64,000 nucleotides of DNA from Bacteroidia bacterium (GTDB taxonomy: Bacteria > Bacteroidota > Bacteroidia > AKYH767-A > OLB10), in assembly GCA_038320345.1 (NCBI GenBank), contig JBBQED010000004.1, forward strand, positions 256,678-320,677, written 5' to 3'. Below, piece after piece: positions 1 through 8,238 of the stretch; the stretch's first letter is position 1; every line of letters starts with the position of its first letter. Made by a program: the position numbers and the translations under genes. The notes under the pieces were generated by a model. That model saw only the letters and a program-made list of their open reading frames with translations. It was not told the origin of the DNA and did not search any database.

Positions 1-148
1 TGAATACATAGGTCGAGGTGCTGAATACCTCATCACTTCTGATCATCAAATTCCCATAAAGCCAGAACTCATTCCTTATCTACAAAAGTTAATCCTTCAG
101 GAAGGTGATTTCAGTATTTATCGACTGAAAACGCTCCCCCAAAAATAA
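1..148 (+). CDS. 3' end of a gene truncated by the window edge (C-terminus ...EYIGRGAEYLITSD...IYRLKTLPQK*), possibly a membrane glycosyltransferase (ArnT/GT39-like)
   Basis: Open frame from position 2 to TAA at 146-148, convergent with the next gene. The 'GAEYLI...IYRL' ending resembles Bacteroidota GT39-like C-termini (weak). Confidence 0.45.
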   Translation, partial: EYIGRGAEYLITSDHQIPIKPELIPYLQKLILQEGDFSIYRLKTLPQK

Positions 149-155
149 TTTTCGA

Positions 156-2828
156 TTAACGAATAAGGGTAACTGTACCGCGAATTGTTCTTTGCTGTTG
201 TCCGCCTACTTTTACTTTTATCAGATAAAAATAAACTCCAGCAGGAGCTTCGTCACCATTGGAATTTTTTCCAGTCCACCCATTAATTGGCGATGACCAT
301 GCAGCAATTTCCTGACCCCAGCGATTAAATACTCTCGCATTAAGATCTTCAATACTATTGCTCACCACATTAAAATTGTCATTCACACCATCGTCATTAG
401 GTGAAAATACATTTGGAACAAAAACTTCACCTGGAATTACATCTATCGTATCTTGAAAAGAAGCTTTGCAACCATTAATATCTTCAACTGTTAATACAAT
501 GATATAGAAGCCTGCAGTATTAAAGGTACTCACAGGATTAGTATCTGCTGAGGTACTTCCGTTCGCAAAATCCCATAGCCAAGAGATTGCATTCTGACTG
601 TTACTTGTAAAAGTAACTGTTAATGGAGCAATTCCACTTGAAGGATCTAAGGTATAAGCAGCAACGAGATTACTTGAAGTAAGTACTGCATTCGTTTGAT
701 CAGTACCACAATTATTAGTTACAGTAACCGTATAATTTCCTGAAGTATTTACGTAGATAGAAGAACCTGTATCGCCATTCGACCAGAGATAAGAATTCCC
801 TCCACTTGCGATAAGTAAAACAGAATCATCTGGACAAATAACGGTATTGCTTTGCGTAACATTCGCTACCGGAGGAAGTTCAACTACCACAGTATTTGAT
901 GTTGTACTTGTTCCACAATTATTAGTAGCAGTTACAGTATATATTCCCGGTAAAGTAGCAGTGATCGTAGCTGAAGCCGATCCATCCGACCACGAATAAG
1001 ATGTTCCTCCACTTGCCGTTAAATCAACAGAACCCCCTTGACAAAAAGTTAATGGACCAGAAGCAGCAATGACGGCTAACGGTAATGGATCTACGATAAC
1101 TGAAGTTGCACTTGTAGATGATCCGCAATTATTGGTAACGGTAACTGTATAATTTCCGGCACTTGTAATATTTACTGCCGGAGAAGTAGCTCCGTTCGAC
1201 CAGAGATAAGTCCCGTTTCCATTTGCAGTAAGTGTAACCGAACCACCTTGACAAAACTGTAGCGAACCAGAAGGTGTGATGGATGCCACCGGAGGAATAT
1301 TCACAACTACAGATTGCGCCGAAGTAGAAGTTCCGCAAGTAGACGTAACAGTTACAGTATAATTTCCTGCTGTAGTAACATTGATGTTAGCGGTAGTTGC
1401 TCCATTCGACCACAAGAAAGTATTTCCTCCTGATGCAGTAAGGTCAACGGATCCCCCTTGACAAAAAGTTAATGGTCCTGAAGCTGTAATGCTAGCAGTT
1501 GGTCCAGCAGTAACATTTACCGCAATATTTGCAGTACTCTGCCCACAACCATCTGTTAACGTTACCGAATAACTTCCACTATTCAATACTGTTATCGAAT
1601 CATTGATTGATCCTGTCGACCATAAATATGTACCAGTACCGCTGGACACTAAGATCACTGAATCACCCTGACAAAATGTAGTAGCTCCAGAAGGAGTAAT
1701 AGCAACTTGCTGTGGACTCGTTACACTAACGGTCTGGCTAGCCGAAGTTGTGCCACAAGCACTATTTTGTGTTACGGTATATGTCCCTGCGGTTAACACC
1801 GTAATTGTTGATGTTGTAGCACCTTGCGACCATGCATAAGGACCTCCACCTACAGCTGTTAAAATTACTGAGTCGCCGCTGCAGAAAGAAGTTGGACCGT
1901 TAGCAGTAATAGTAACTGGCAGCCCCGCATTAATTTGAATCGTCAAAGTATCATAAATAGTATCTCCACAATTTCCAACAATTCCAAAGTAGAGATTATC
2001 GGTTCCTGTAAAAATTGAATTCGTTTGATACGATGTACTCAATAAATTGGCATTGGCAAAAACACCTGCGCCTCCGCTCCAAAAATAACTCTGATAAGTA
2101 CCGGAAGTAATTGCAGCAGTCACCGTAACGGTAGCGCCTGCACAAACAACTGCACTGCTTACCGAAACGTTGTACGCTAAAGGAACAATAGGTGCTTGGC
2201 AGCCTGAGTTGGTGTATGAATCGTTACCCGCAAAATCAAAATTTACGGTTGCTCCATCTTCTGCACTATGTAATCCAGATTGGTCAATCAAAGAATCAAC
2301 GATGTACGTTACAATATCATTACAAGATCCGGCGAAGTCTAATTCTAATGTACGTGAACCAGCTCCTGATTGATAATTTTTAAAGTGCGCAGTAACATTT
2401 CCTGGGCATTGAAAAATCATATATATCGTATCATTCAAATTGTTGAATGAATTAAAAGTAGGATCCATATTGGTGCTAGTCACCAGAATCACAGTACTCC
2501 CTGCTGGCAAATTTCCGGCAGTAGGTTCAAGGATATATCCGCATCCAGTGATTGTACTATTCAAGGTAGCCACTTTTCCAGCAGTAGTAGCATTCTGACA
2601 AATTCCTTGGAAAGCAATATTGGGCCAGATGACTTGAAGATTTATTGTATTCAGATCAGAGCTTCCAACCAGAAACCTTACCATTTCATTTTCACCTTCA
2701 GGAGACCCGCAAGCATCTACGAGGATACTTTCTATTTCAAAACAATTTACGGCTTGTGCTCGCAATTGAGTAGTAAAGGAAAATAACAACAGTGCCATTA
2801 CAGGCAGAAATTTTCTGGCTTTCATCAT
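156..2828 (-). CDS. Secreted T9SS cargo: N-terminal Cys-containing domain, six ~70-aa Ig-like repeats, PKD domain, type-B (gliding motility-associated/CHU_C) C-terminal domain
   Basis: Signal peptide; repeats 'ITASGPLTFCQGGSVDLTASGG..YLWSNG..YTVTVT..CG'; PKD 'PLTVTF...WLWDFANG'; C-terminus 'VPNVFSPNDDGVND...FNRWG...W.G...GVYFY...GTVTLIR'. Confidence 0.85.
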   Translation of the reverse strand: MMKARKFLPVMALLLFSFTTQLRAQAVNCFEIESILVDACGSPEGENEMVRFLVGSSDLNTINLQVIWPNIAFQGICQNATTAGKVATLNSTITGCGYILEPTAGNLPAGSTVILVTSTNMDPTFNSFNNLNDTIYMIFQCPGNVTAHFKNYQSGAGSRTLELDFAGSCNDIVTYIVDSLIDQSGLHSAEDGATVNFDFAGNDSYTNSGCQAPIVPLAYNVSVSSAVVCAGATVTVTAAITSGTYQSYFWSGGAGVFANANLLSTSYQTNSIFTGTDNLYFGIVGNCGDTIYDTLTIQINAGLPVTITANGPTSFCSGDSVILTAVGGGPYAWSQGATTSTITVLTAGTYTVTQNSACGTTSASQTVSVTSPQQVAITPSGATTFCQGDSVILVSSGTGTYLWSTGSINDSITVLNSGSYSVTLTDGCGQSTANIAVNVTAGPTASITASGPLTFCQGGSVDLTASGGNTFLWSNGATTANINVTTAGNYTVTVTSTCGTSTSAQSVVVNIPPVASITPSGSLQFCQGGSVTLTANGNGTYLWSNGATSPAVNITSAGNYTVTVTNNCGSSTSATSVIVDPLPLAVIAASGPLTFCQGGSVDLTASGGTSYSWSDGSASATITATLPGIYTVTATNNCGTSTTSNTVVVELPPVANVTQSNTVICPDDSVLLIASGGNSYLWSNGDTGSSIYVNTSGNYTVTVTNNCGTDQTNAVLTSSNLVAAYTLDPSSGIAPLTVTFTSNSQNAISWLWDFANGSTSADTNPVSTFNTAGFYIIVLTVEDINGCKASFQDTIDVIPGEVFVPNVFSPNDDGVNDNFNVVSNSIEDLNARVFNRWGQEIAAWSSPINGWTGKNSNGDEAPAGVYFYLIKVKVGGQQQRTIRGTVTLIR
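780..1920 (-). repeat. Intragenic tandem repeat, ~210-nt period (6 units)
   Basis: CGACCA (minus-strand TGG TCG = Trp-Ser) recurs at 780, 987, 1197, 1407, 1617 and 1827. CCCCCTTGACAAAAAGTTAATGG is shared between ~1033 and ~1453. Confidence 0.85.
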
Positions 2829-3257
2829 TAGGGTCTCGTCGCCGTGATGTCATAATGCTTTGGCTCGCAACATCACAGAATAATTGTTCTGCGGCAAAGA
2901 TCGCAATTCCTTTCGGGATATACTTTACTAAACTGTTACGGAACAGAAAATCTGGGTAAAAACAGAAATCGAGGAGGTAAGGTGTAAATGCTCCTACCTA
3001 CTTTACAAAATCACCCCAAGAAAAGACGTGTTTATTAACAATGAATTCCGTTTTGCTGACGAAGAAAGTTCAATCCGCCCGCCTAATCAACCCCAAACAT
3101 TTCCTCATAAATTTGAAAACAATGTAGAAAGAGCAAGCTGATAAACGTAATTAAGTATCTAACTATCAATATATTAATCCTTAATTATTGATAAATTAAG
3201 TCGTCAGAAAGCTAGATCCTATTAAAATGATGGGGAGATAAATCCAGATCACTTACC

Positions 3258-3290
3258 TCTTTCACAGGTTATTCACATTTATTACCTTTG
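3258..3290 (+). promoter_or_regulatory. Bacteroidota -7 promoter element (TACCTTTG, 3283-3290) for the yceD-rpmF-plsX-fabH operon, preceded by DnaA-box-like 9-mers
   Basis: TAnnTTTG consensus match; TTATTCACA at 3269-3277 and TCTTTCACA at 3258-3266. Confidence 0.55.
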
Positions 3291-3334
3291 CCCCCCTTGC
3301 GCTCAATTCGGTGTTAGGTTGAAATCTGATCGTC

Positions 3335-3874
3335 GTGGCAGAACATCGCTCCAAATACATCATCAAGTTTTCCGGGATCCCTGCCGGAGATCATCAGTTT
3401 ACTTACGAAATCGGGGATGCGTTCTTTGAGGGTCGTGATGGATCCATTATATTGAAGTCGAAGGTGGAAATAGAAGCTATTCTACACAAGTCCAGCACTT
3501 TACAACTCACTCTAAAAATGGAAGGAGTAGTAGAAGCCGAATGTGTACGATGCTTGGATCCCTTTGAATTACCTGTATCAGTAGAAAAAACCCTACTCAT
3601 CAGGATGGTTGAAAATCCTTCATCAGAAGACGATGATGACGATGCCATATATGTTGCTAATAGCGCACATGAGCTTGATCTAGAGCGACATATCTACGAC
3701 TTTCTGACCCTGCAGGTGCCACTACATCCGGTACATCCGGAAGATGAAAATGGAATTCCCACTTGCAATCCTGAAGTATTAAAACTCTTAGGACTCAAGA
3801 CACCTGAGAAGGACGAGAGTAAAGAACAGCAAGAAGATCGCTGGGCAGTACTCCGGAAACTAAAAATGAATTAA
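3335..3874 (+). CDS. yceD: DUF177/YceD family protein (large ribosomal subunit accumulation factor)
   Basis: 'CVRCLDPF' motif, C-terminal 'DRWAVLRKL', canonical position directly upstream of rpmF. Confidence 0.9.
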   Translation: MAEHRSKYIIKFSGIPAGDHQFTYEIGDAFFEGRDGSIILKSKVEIEAILHKSSTLQLTLKMEGVVEAECVRCLDPFELPVSVEKTLLIRMVENPSSEDDDDDAIYVANSAHELDLERHIYDFLTLQVPLHPVHPEDENGIPTCNPEVLKLLGLKTPEKDESKEQQEDRWAVLRKLKMN

Positions 3875-3899
3875 TTAACAATTTCAATAATTATTACCC

Positions 3900-4079
3900 A
3901 TGCCAAATCCTAAACATAAGATCTCCAAATCTAGAAGAGATAAGCGCAGGACTCACGACAAAGCTGTCGTACCAACGATCTCTGTTGATCCAACAACAGG
4001 AGAAACCCATCTGTACCACCGTGCTCATTGGCATGAAGGTAAGCTCTATTACAAGGGCAAAGTTGTAATGGAGCGTTAA
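3900..4079 (+). CDS. rpmF: 50S ribosomal protein L32 (Zn-ribbon-less type), absent from the supplied ORF track
   Basis: Manual translation [59 protein letters not shown]; located between yceD and plsX. Confidence 0.95.
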   Translation: MPNPKHKISKSRRDKRRTHDKAVVPTISVDPTTGETHLYHRAHWHEGKLYYKGKVVMER

Positions 4080-4158
4080 GCTTTATTACTTTTAAATCAG
4101 GCACTAGTGGTTGATAGCTTTCAGCTATTTGTTGTAAGATAAACTCTAAACTTTGCTG

Positions 4159-5112
4159 ATGAAGATTGGGATTGATATAATGGGTGGTGATTTCGCCCCG
4201 CAGGAAATTACGCTCGGAGTCATCCAAGCGCTTCCTGAGTTAAGCAATGATGTACATCTGGTGCTCTTCGGAGATCAGGATGCCATTGCTGAACTGTTCC
4301 GTAAGGAAGGTGCTGATCTGAGCAAGGTGACTGTCGTTCCTACTACAGAAGTGATTGGTATGGATGAACATCCCGCCCGTTCTATTTCTCAGAAGCCAAA
4401 CTCTAGCATTTCAAAAGGTTTTGAATACCTTAAGAAAGGTGAGATCGATGCTTTTGCCAGTGCAGGAAACAGCGGAGCCATGATGGTTGGTGCTATGTTC
4501 AGTGTGAAAGCTGTGCCTGGCATCTTACGTCCTGCAATCTGTTCAGTAATTCCGAAAGAAGACGGCGGTTGGGGAGTATTCCTCGATGCAGGAGCTAACG
4601 CAGATTGTAAGCCTGAAATGTTGCAGCAGTTTGCAGTTTTAGGGAGTCTCTTTCTTGAGCATGTATATGGTATTCCACATCCGAAAATTGGGTTGATGAA
4701 TATCGGTGAAGAAGAGGAAAAAGGTAATTTACTATCGCAAGCAACTCATGCCCTATTGAAGAACACGAAAGAAGTGAACTTCATCGGAAATGTAGAAGGC
4801 CGCGATTTATTTAATAATAAAGCTGATGTGATTGTGTGTGATGGATTCACTGGAAATGTGATCCTGAAACTGGCGGAATCTTTTTATAGTCTGATCCGCA
4901 AACGTCGTATCAAAGATGAATACTTTGATCGTTTTAATTATGAAAATTATGGTGGCACTCCTGTTCTTGGAGTGAATGCACCGGTGATTATTGCTCATGG
5001 AATTTCTAATGCAAGAGCAATCAAAAACATGATTCATATAACACAAAGGGTTACTGCAGCCGGTCTGACGGAGAAAATTGCTCAGGCCATGCATGAAAGT
5101 ATCACCAATTAA
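4159..5112 (+). CDS. plsX: Phosphate:acyl-ACP acyltransferase PlsX
   Basis: 'IGIDIMGGDFAP', 'SAGNSGA', 'LDAGANAD', 'DVIVCDGFTGNVILK'; operon context. Confidence 0.95.
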   Translation: MKIGIDIMGGDFAPQEITLGVIQALPELSNDVHLVLFGDQDAIAELFRKEGADLSKVTVVPTTEVIGMDEHPARSISQKPNSSISKGFEYLKKGEIDAFASAGNSGAMMVGAMFSVKAVPGILRPAICSVIPKEDGGWGVFLDAGANADCKPEMLQQFAVLGSLFLEHVYGIPHPKIGLMNIGEEEEKGNLLSQATHALLKNTKEVNFIGNVEGRDLFNNKADVIVCDGFTGNVILKLAESFYSLIRKRRIKDEYFDRFNYENYGGTPVLGVNAPVIIAHGISNARAIKNMIHITQRVTAAGLTEKIAQAMHESITN

Positions 5113-5115
5113 AAT

Positions 5116-6123
5116 ATGACGAAATTAAGAGCAGCAATCACAGCTGTACAAGGCTGGGTTCCCGATTATATTCTCACGAATAAGGAACTGGAAAAACTGG
5201 TGGATACCAACGATGAATGGATCACTAGCAGAACAGGAATTAAAGAGCGACGAATCTTGAAAGAACCTGGACAAGGAACTTCTGATATCGCTGTGAATGC
5301 AATTCTTCCGCTTCTGAAAAAGAGAGGAATTAATGCTGATGAAATTGAACTCATCATTTGTGCAACCACCACTCCGGATATGCAATTTCCTGCAACCGCA
5401 AATATTATTGGTGATAAAATCGGTGCAAAAAATGCTTGGGGTTTTGATGTGAGTGCCGCTTGTTCAGGGTTTATCTATGCCTTGAATACAGGATCAAAAT
5501 TTATTGAAACAGGTCAGCATAAAAAAGTATTAATAGTAGGTGCCGATAAGATGTCATCCATCGTGGATTACACCGACCGCGCTACTTGTGTTATTTTTGG
5601 AGATGGCGGAGGTGCGGTATTGTTAGAGCCTACTACCGAAGACCTAGGAATTATGGATGCAATTCTGCGCTCTGATGGATCAGGAAGAGTTTATTTGCAT
5701 CAAAAAGCTGGAGGTAGTGTTAAACCAGCAACCCATGAAACCGTAGAAAACAGAGAACATTTTATTTTTCAAGATGGGCAACCGGTATTTAAATTTGCCG
5801 TAACCAATATGGCAGATGTGAGTGCCGAACTGATGGCAAAAAACAATCTTAGTGGTGATGATATTGCTTGGCTTGTTCCGCATCAGGCTAACAAAAGAAT
5901 TATCGATGCTACAGCTCGAAGAATGGGGCTTAGCGATGATAAAGTTACATTGAATATAGAAAGATACGGGAACACTACTAACGGTACTATTCCACTTTGT
6001 TTATGGGAATGGGAATCGAGGTTCCACAAAGGAGATAATATTATCCTCGCCGCCTTTGGTGGTGGGTTTACTTGGGGTGCCATCTGGATAAAATGGGCCT
6101 ATGAAACCCCAAAAGCTGGATAA
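5116..6123 (+). CDS. fabH: Beta-ketoacyl-ACP synthase III
   Basis: Catalytic 'AACSGF', 'PHQAN', 'YGNT'; 'FGGGFTWG'. Confidence 0.95.
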   Translation: MTKLRAAITAVQGWVPDYILTNKELEKLVDTNDEWITSRTGIKERRILKEPGQGTSDIAVNAILPLLKKRGINADEIELIICATTTPDMQFPATANIIGDKIGAKNAWGFDVSAACSGFIYALNTGSKFIETGQHKKVLIVGADKMSSIVDYTDRATCVIFGDGGGAVLLEPTTEDLGIMDAILRSDGSGRVYLHQKAGGSVKPATHETVENREHFIFQDGQPVFKFAVTNMADVSAELMAKNNLSGDDIAWLVPHQANKRIIDATARRMGLSDDKVTLNIERYGNTTNGTIPLCLWEWESRFHKGDNIILAAFGGGFTWGAIWIKWAYETPKAG

Positions 6124-6157
6124 ATCACCTGATTTATTATATTTAGCCATCTAAAAT

Positions 6158-6634
6158 ATGCCTGCAATGAATAAGAAAGAGATTGAAGAGCTCATCAAGT
6201 TTGTATCTAAGTCGGGTGTGAGCGAAGTGAGTCTTGAAACAACCGATATCAAGATCACCATCAAAAATGGTAACGGACGTATCGCTGAACAGGTATATCA
6301 AAATGCACCGGTTATGCAAATGGCTGCACCTGCAGCACTTGCTCCTGTTGCTTCAGCCCCTGCTGCTCCTGCTGTTGATGCTTCTGAAGCTAATTACATC
6401 ACCATAAAAAGTCCGATGATTGGTACATTCTACCGTTCATCGAATCCCGACAAACCGAATTTCGTGAATGTAGGTGATGAAATTAAACAAGGTAAAGTGC
6501 TTTGTATTATCGAAGCCATGAAATTATTTAACGAGATTGAATCCGAAGTTTCTGGACGCATTGTAAAAGTGCTGGTAGATAATTCTTCGCCCGTTGAATA
6601 TGATCAACCTTTATTCTTAGTTGACCCATCCTGA
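6158..6634 (+). CDS. accB: Acetyl-CoA carboxylase biotin carboxyl carrier protein
   Basis: 'EAMKLFNEI' biotinylation motif; Ala/Pro-rich linker. Confidence 0.95.
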   Translation: MPAMNKKEIEELIKFVSKSGVSEVSLETTDIKITIKNGNGRIAEQVYQNAPVMQMAAPAALAPVASAPAAPAVDASEANYITIKSPMIGTFYRSSNPDKPNFVNVGDEIKQGKVLCIIEAMKLFNEIESEVSGRIVKVLVDNSSPVEYDQPLFLVDPS

Positions 6635-6737
6635 AATCTGCATATATAATTTCCTTATCGCTTATACTGATACTTTGTAGGAAAAATTAGCAGATTGATT
6701 CATCACGATTTCCAAACAGGAAACAGTTCAGAAGATT

Positions 6738-8075
6738 ATGTTTAAAAAGATACTGATTGCCAACCGTGGAGAGATTGCTCTGCGTATCATTCGTACCTGC
6801 AAAGAGATGAACATCCGTACTGTGGCTGTTTATTCTACTGCTGACAAGGAAAGTTTGCATGTGCGATTTGCTGATGAAGCGGTGTGCATCGGGCCTCCTC
6901 CAAGTCGTGATTCTTATCTCAACATTTCTAGAATCATAGCTGCAGCAGAAATTACTAATGCAGATGCGATTCATCCGGGCTACGGATTTCTCTCTGAGAA
7001 TTCCCGTTTCTCAAAAATTTGTCGCGAGCATGGCATTAAATTCATTGGTGCTACTCCTGAGCAGATTGATGCTATGGGGGATAAAGCAAGTGCGAAATCA
7101 ACGATGAAAAAAGCCGGCGTTCCTACTATTCCAGGATCTGAAGGATTACTTGCAAATCTTGATGATGCGAAAAAATCAGCTAAAGAAATTGGATATCCTG
7201 TGATCCTTAAAGCTACTGCCGGTGGTGGTGGTAAAGGAATGCGCATAGTTTGGAAGGAAGAAGATTTAGAGAAGGCACTAGAAAACGCACAGACGGAAGC
7301 AGGTGCTTCATTTGGTAATGATGGAATGTACATGGAGAAGTTCATTGAAGAACCTCGTCATATCGAAATTCAAATTGCCGGTGATCAATATGGTAAAGCA
7401 TGTCACTTGAGTGAACGTGATTGCTCTATTCAACGTCGTCACCAGAAGCTTGCTGAAGAAACACCATCTCCATTCATGACAGAAAAACTGCGTGAAGAAA
7501 TGGGAGACGCTGCTATTAAAGCAACATTAGCAAGTAGCTATGAAGGTGTTGGGACCATTGAATTTTTAGTGGATAAACATGGGAAGTTTTTCTTTATGGA
7601 GATGAATACTCGAATTCAAGTAGAGCATCCCGTTACAGAAGAAGTTATCAATTACGATCTTATTAAAGAGCAAATAAAAATTGCAGCGGGCGTTCCGATT
7701 AGTGGTAAAAATCACTTCCCAACGATGCACGCTATCGAATGTCGTATCAATGCTGAAGATCCTTATAACGACTTCCGTCCTTCTCCAGGAAAGATTACAG
7801 TACTTCACCAACCTGGTGGTCATGGTGTTCGCGTAGATTCTCATATCTATGCTGGTTATACCATTCCTCCTTATTACGATTCCATGATTGCTAAACTAAT
7901 TACCGTAGCGCAAACAAGAGAAGAAGCTATTCAAACGATGGAAAGAGCATTGAGTGAATTTGTGATCGAAGGCGTAAAAACAACAATTCCTTTTCATCAG
8001 CAACTGATGCAAAACGAAGATTTCAGAAAAGGAAATTACACTACGAAATTTATGGAATCTTTCCAGCTAAAATAA
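6738..8075 (+). CDS. accC: Acetyl-CoA carboxylase biotin carboxylase subunit
   Basis: 'ANRGEIA', '[10 protein letters not shown]', 'GGGGKGMR', '[10 protein letters not shown]'. Confidence 0.95.
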   Translation: MFKKILIANRGEIALRIIRTCKEMNIRTVAVYSTADKESLHVRFADEAVCIGPPPSRDSYLNISRIIAAAEITNADAIHPGYGFLSENSRFSKICREHGIKFIGATPEQIDAMGDKASAKSTMKKAGVPTIPGSEGLLANLDDAKKSAKEIGYPVILKATAGGGGKGMRIVWKEEDLEKALENAQTEAGASFGNDGMYMEKFIEEPRHIEIQIAGDQYGKACHLSERDCSIQRRHQKLAEETPSPFMTEKLREEMGDAAIKATLASSYEGVGTIEFLVDKHGKFFFMEMNTRIQVEHPVTEEVINYDLIKEQIKIAAGVPISGKNHFPTMHAIECRINAEDPYNDFRPSPGKITVLHQPGGHGVRVDSHIYAGYTIPPYYDSMIAKLITVAQTREEAIQTMERALSEFVIEGVKTTIPFHQQLMQNEDFRKGNYTTKFMESFQLK

Positions 8076-8090
8076 ACAATACCACTTATG

Positions 8091-8123
8091 AAAAATCCCC
8101 CTGAATTCAGGGGGATTTTTTTT
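8091..8123. terminator. Bidirectional rho-independent terminator between accC and the convergent T9SS gene
   Basis: Perfect palindrome AAAAATCCCCCTGAATTCAGGGGGATTTTT followed by additional Ts. Confidence 0.85.
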
Positions 8124-8238
8124 GCTCCTATTTAATAGCAGCCTTTTGAGTAGTTTTATATTCACTAAAACAATAATATATAAAGGTATTTAAAAAAACC
8201 CAGTAATTTCCTGAGGCTGTATTAATTTAGAGCGGTAA

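Noticed and set aside
780-1920. CRISPR-like periodicity
   Set aside because: The ~210-nt period is in-frame protein domain repetition, not repeat-spacer structure; no cas genes.
3931-4227. 98-aa minus-strand ORF in the track
   Set aside because: Antisense to the real rpmF (3900-4079) and the plsX start.
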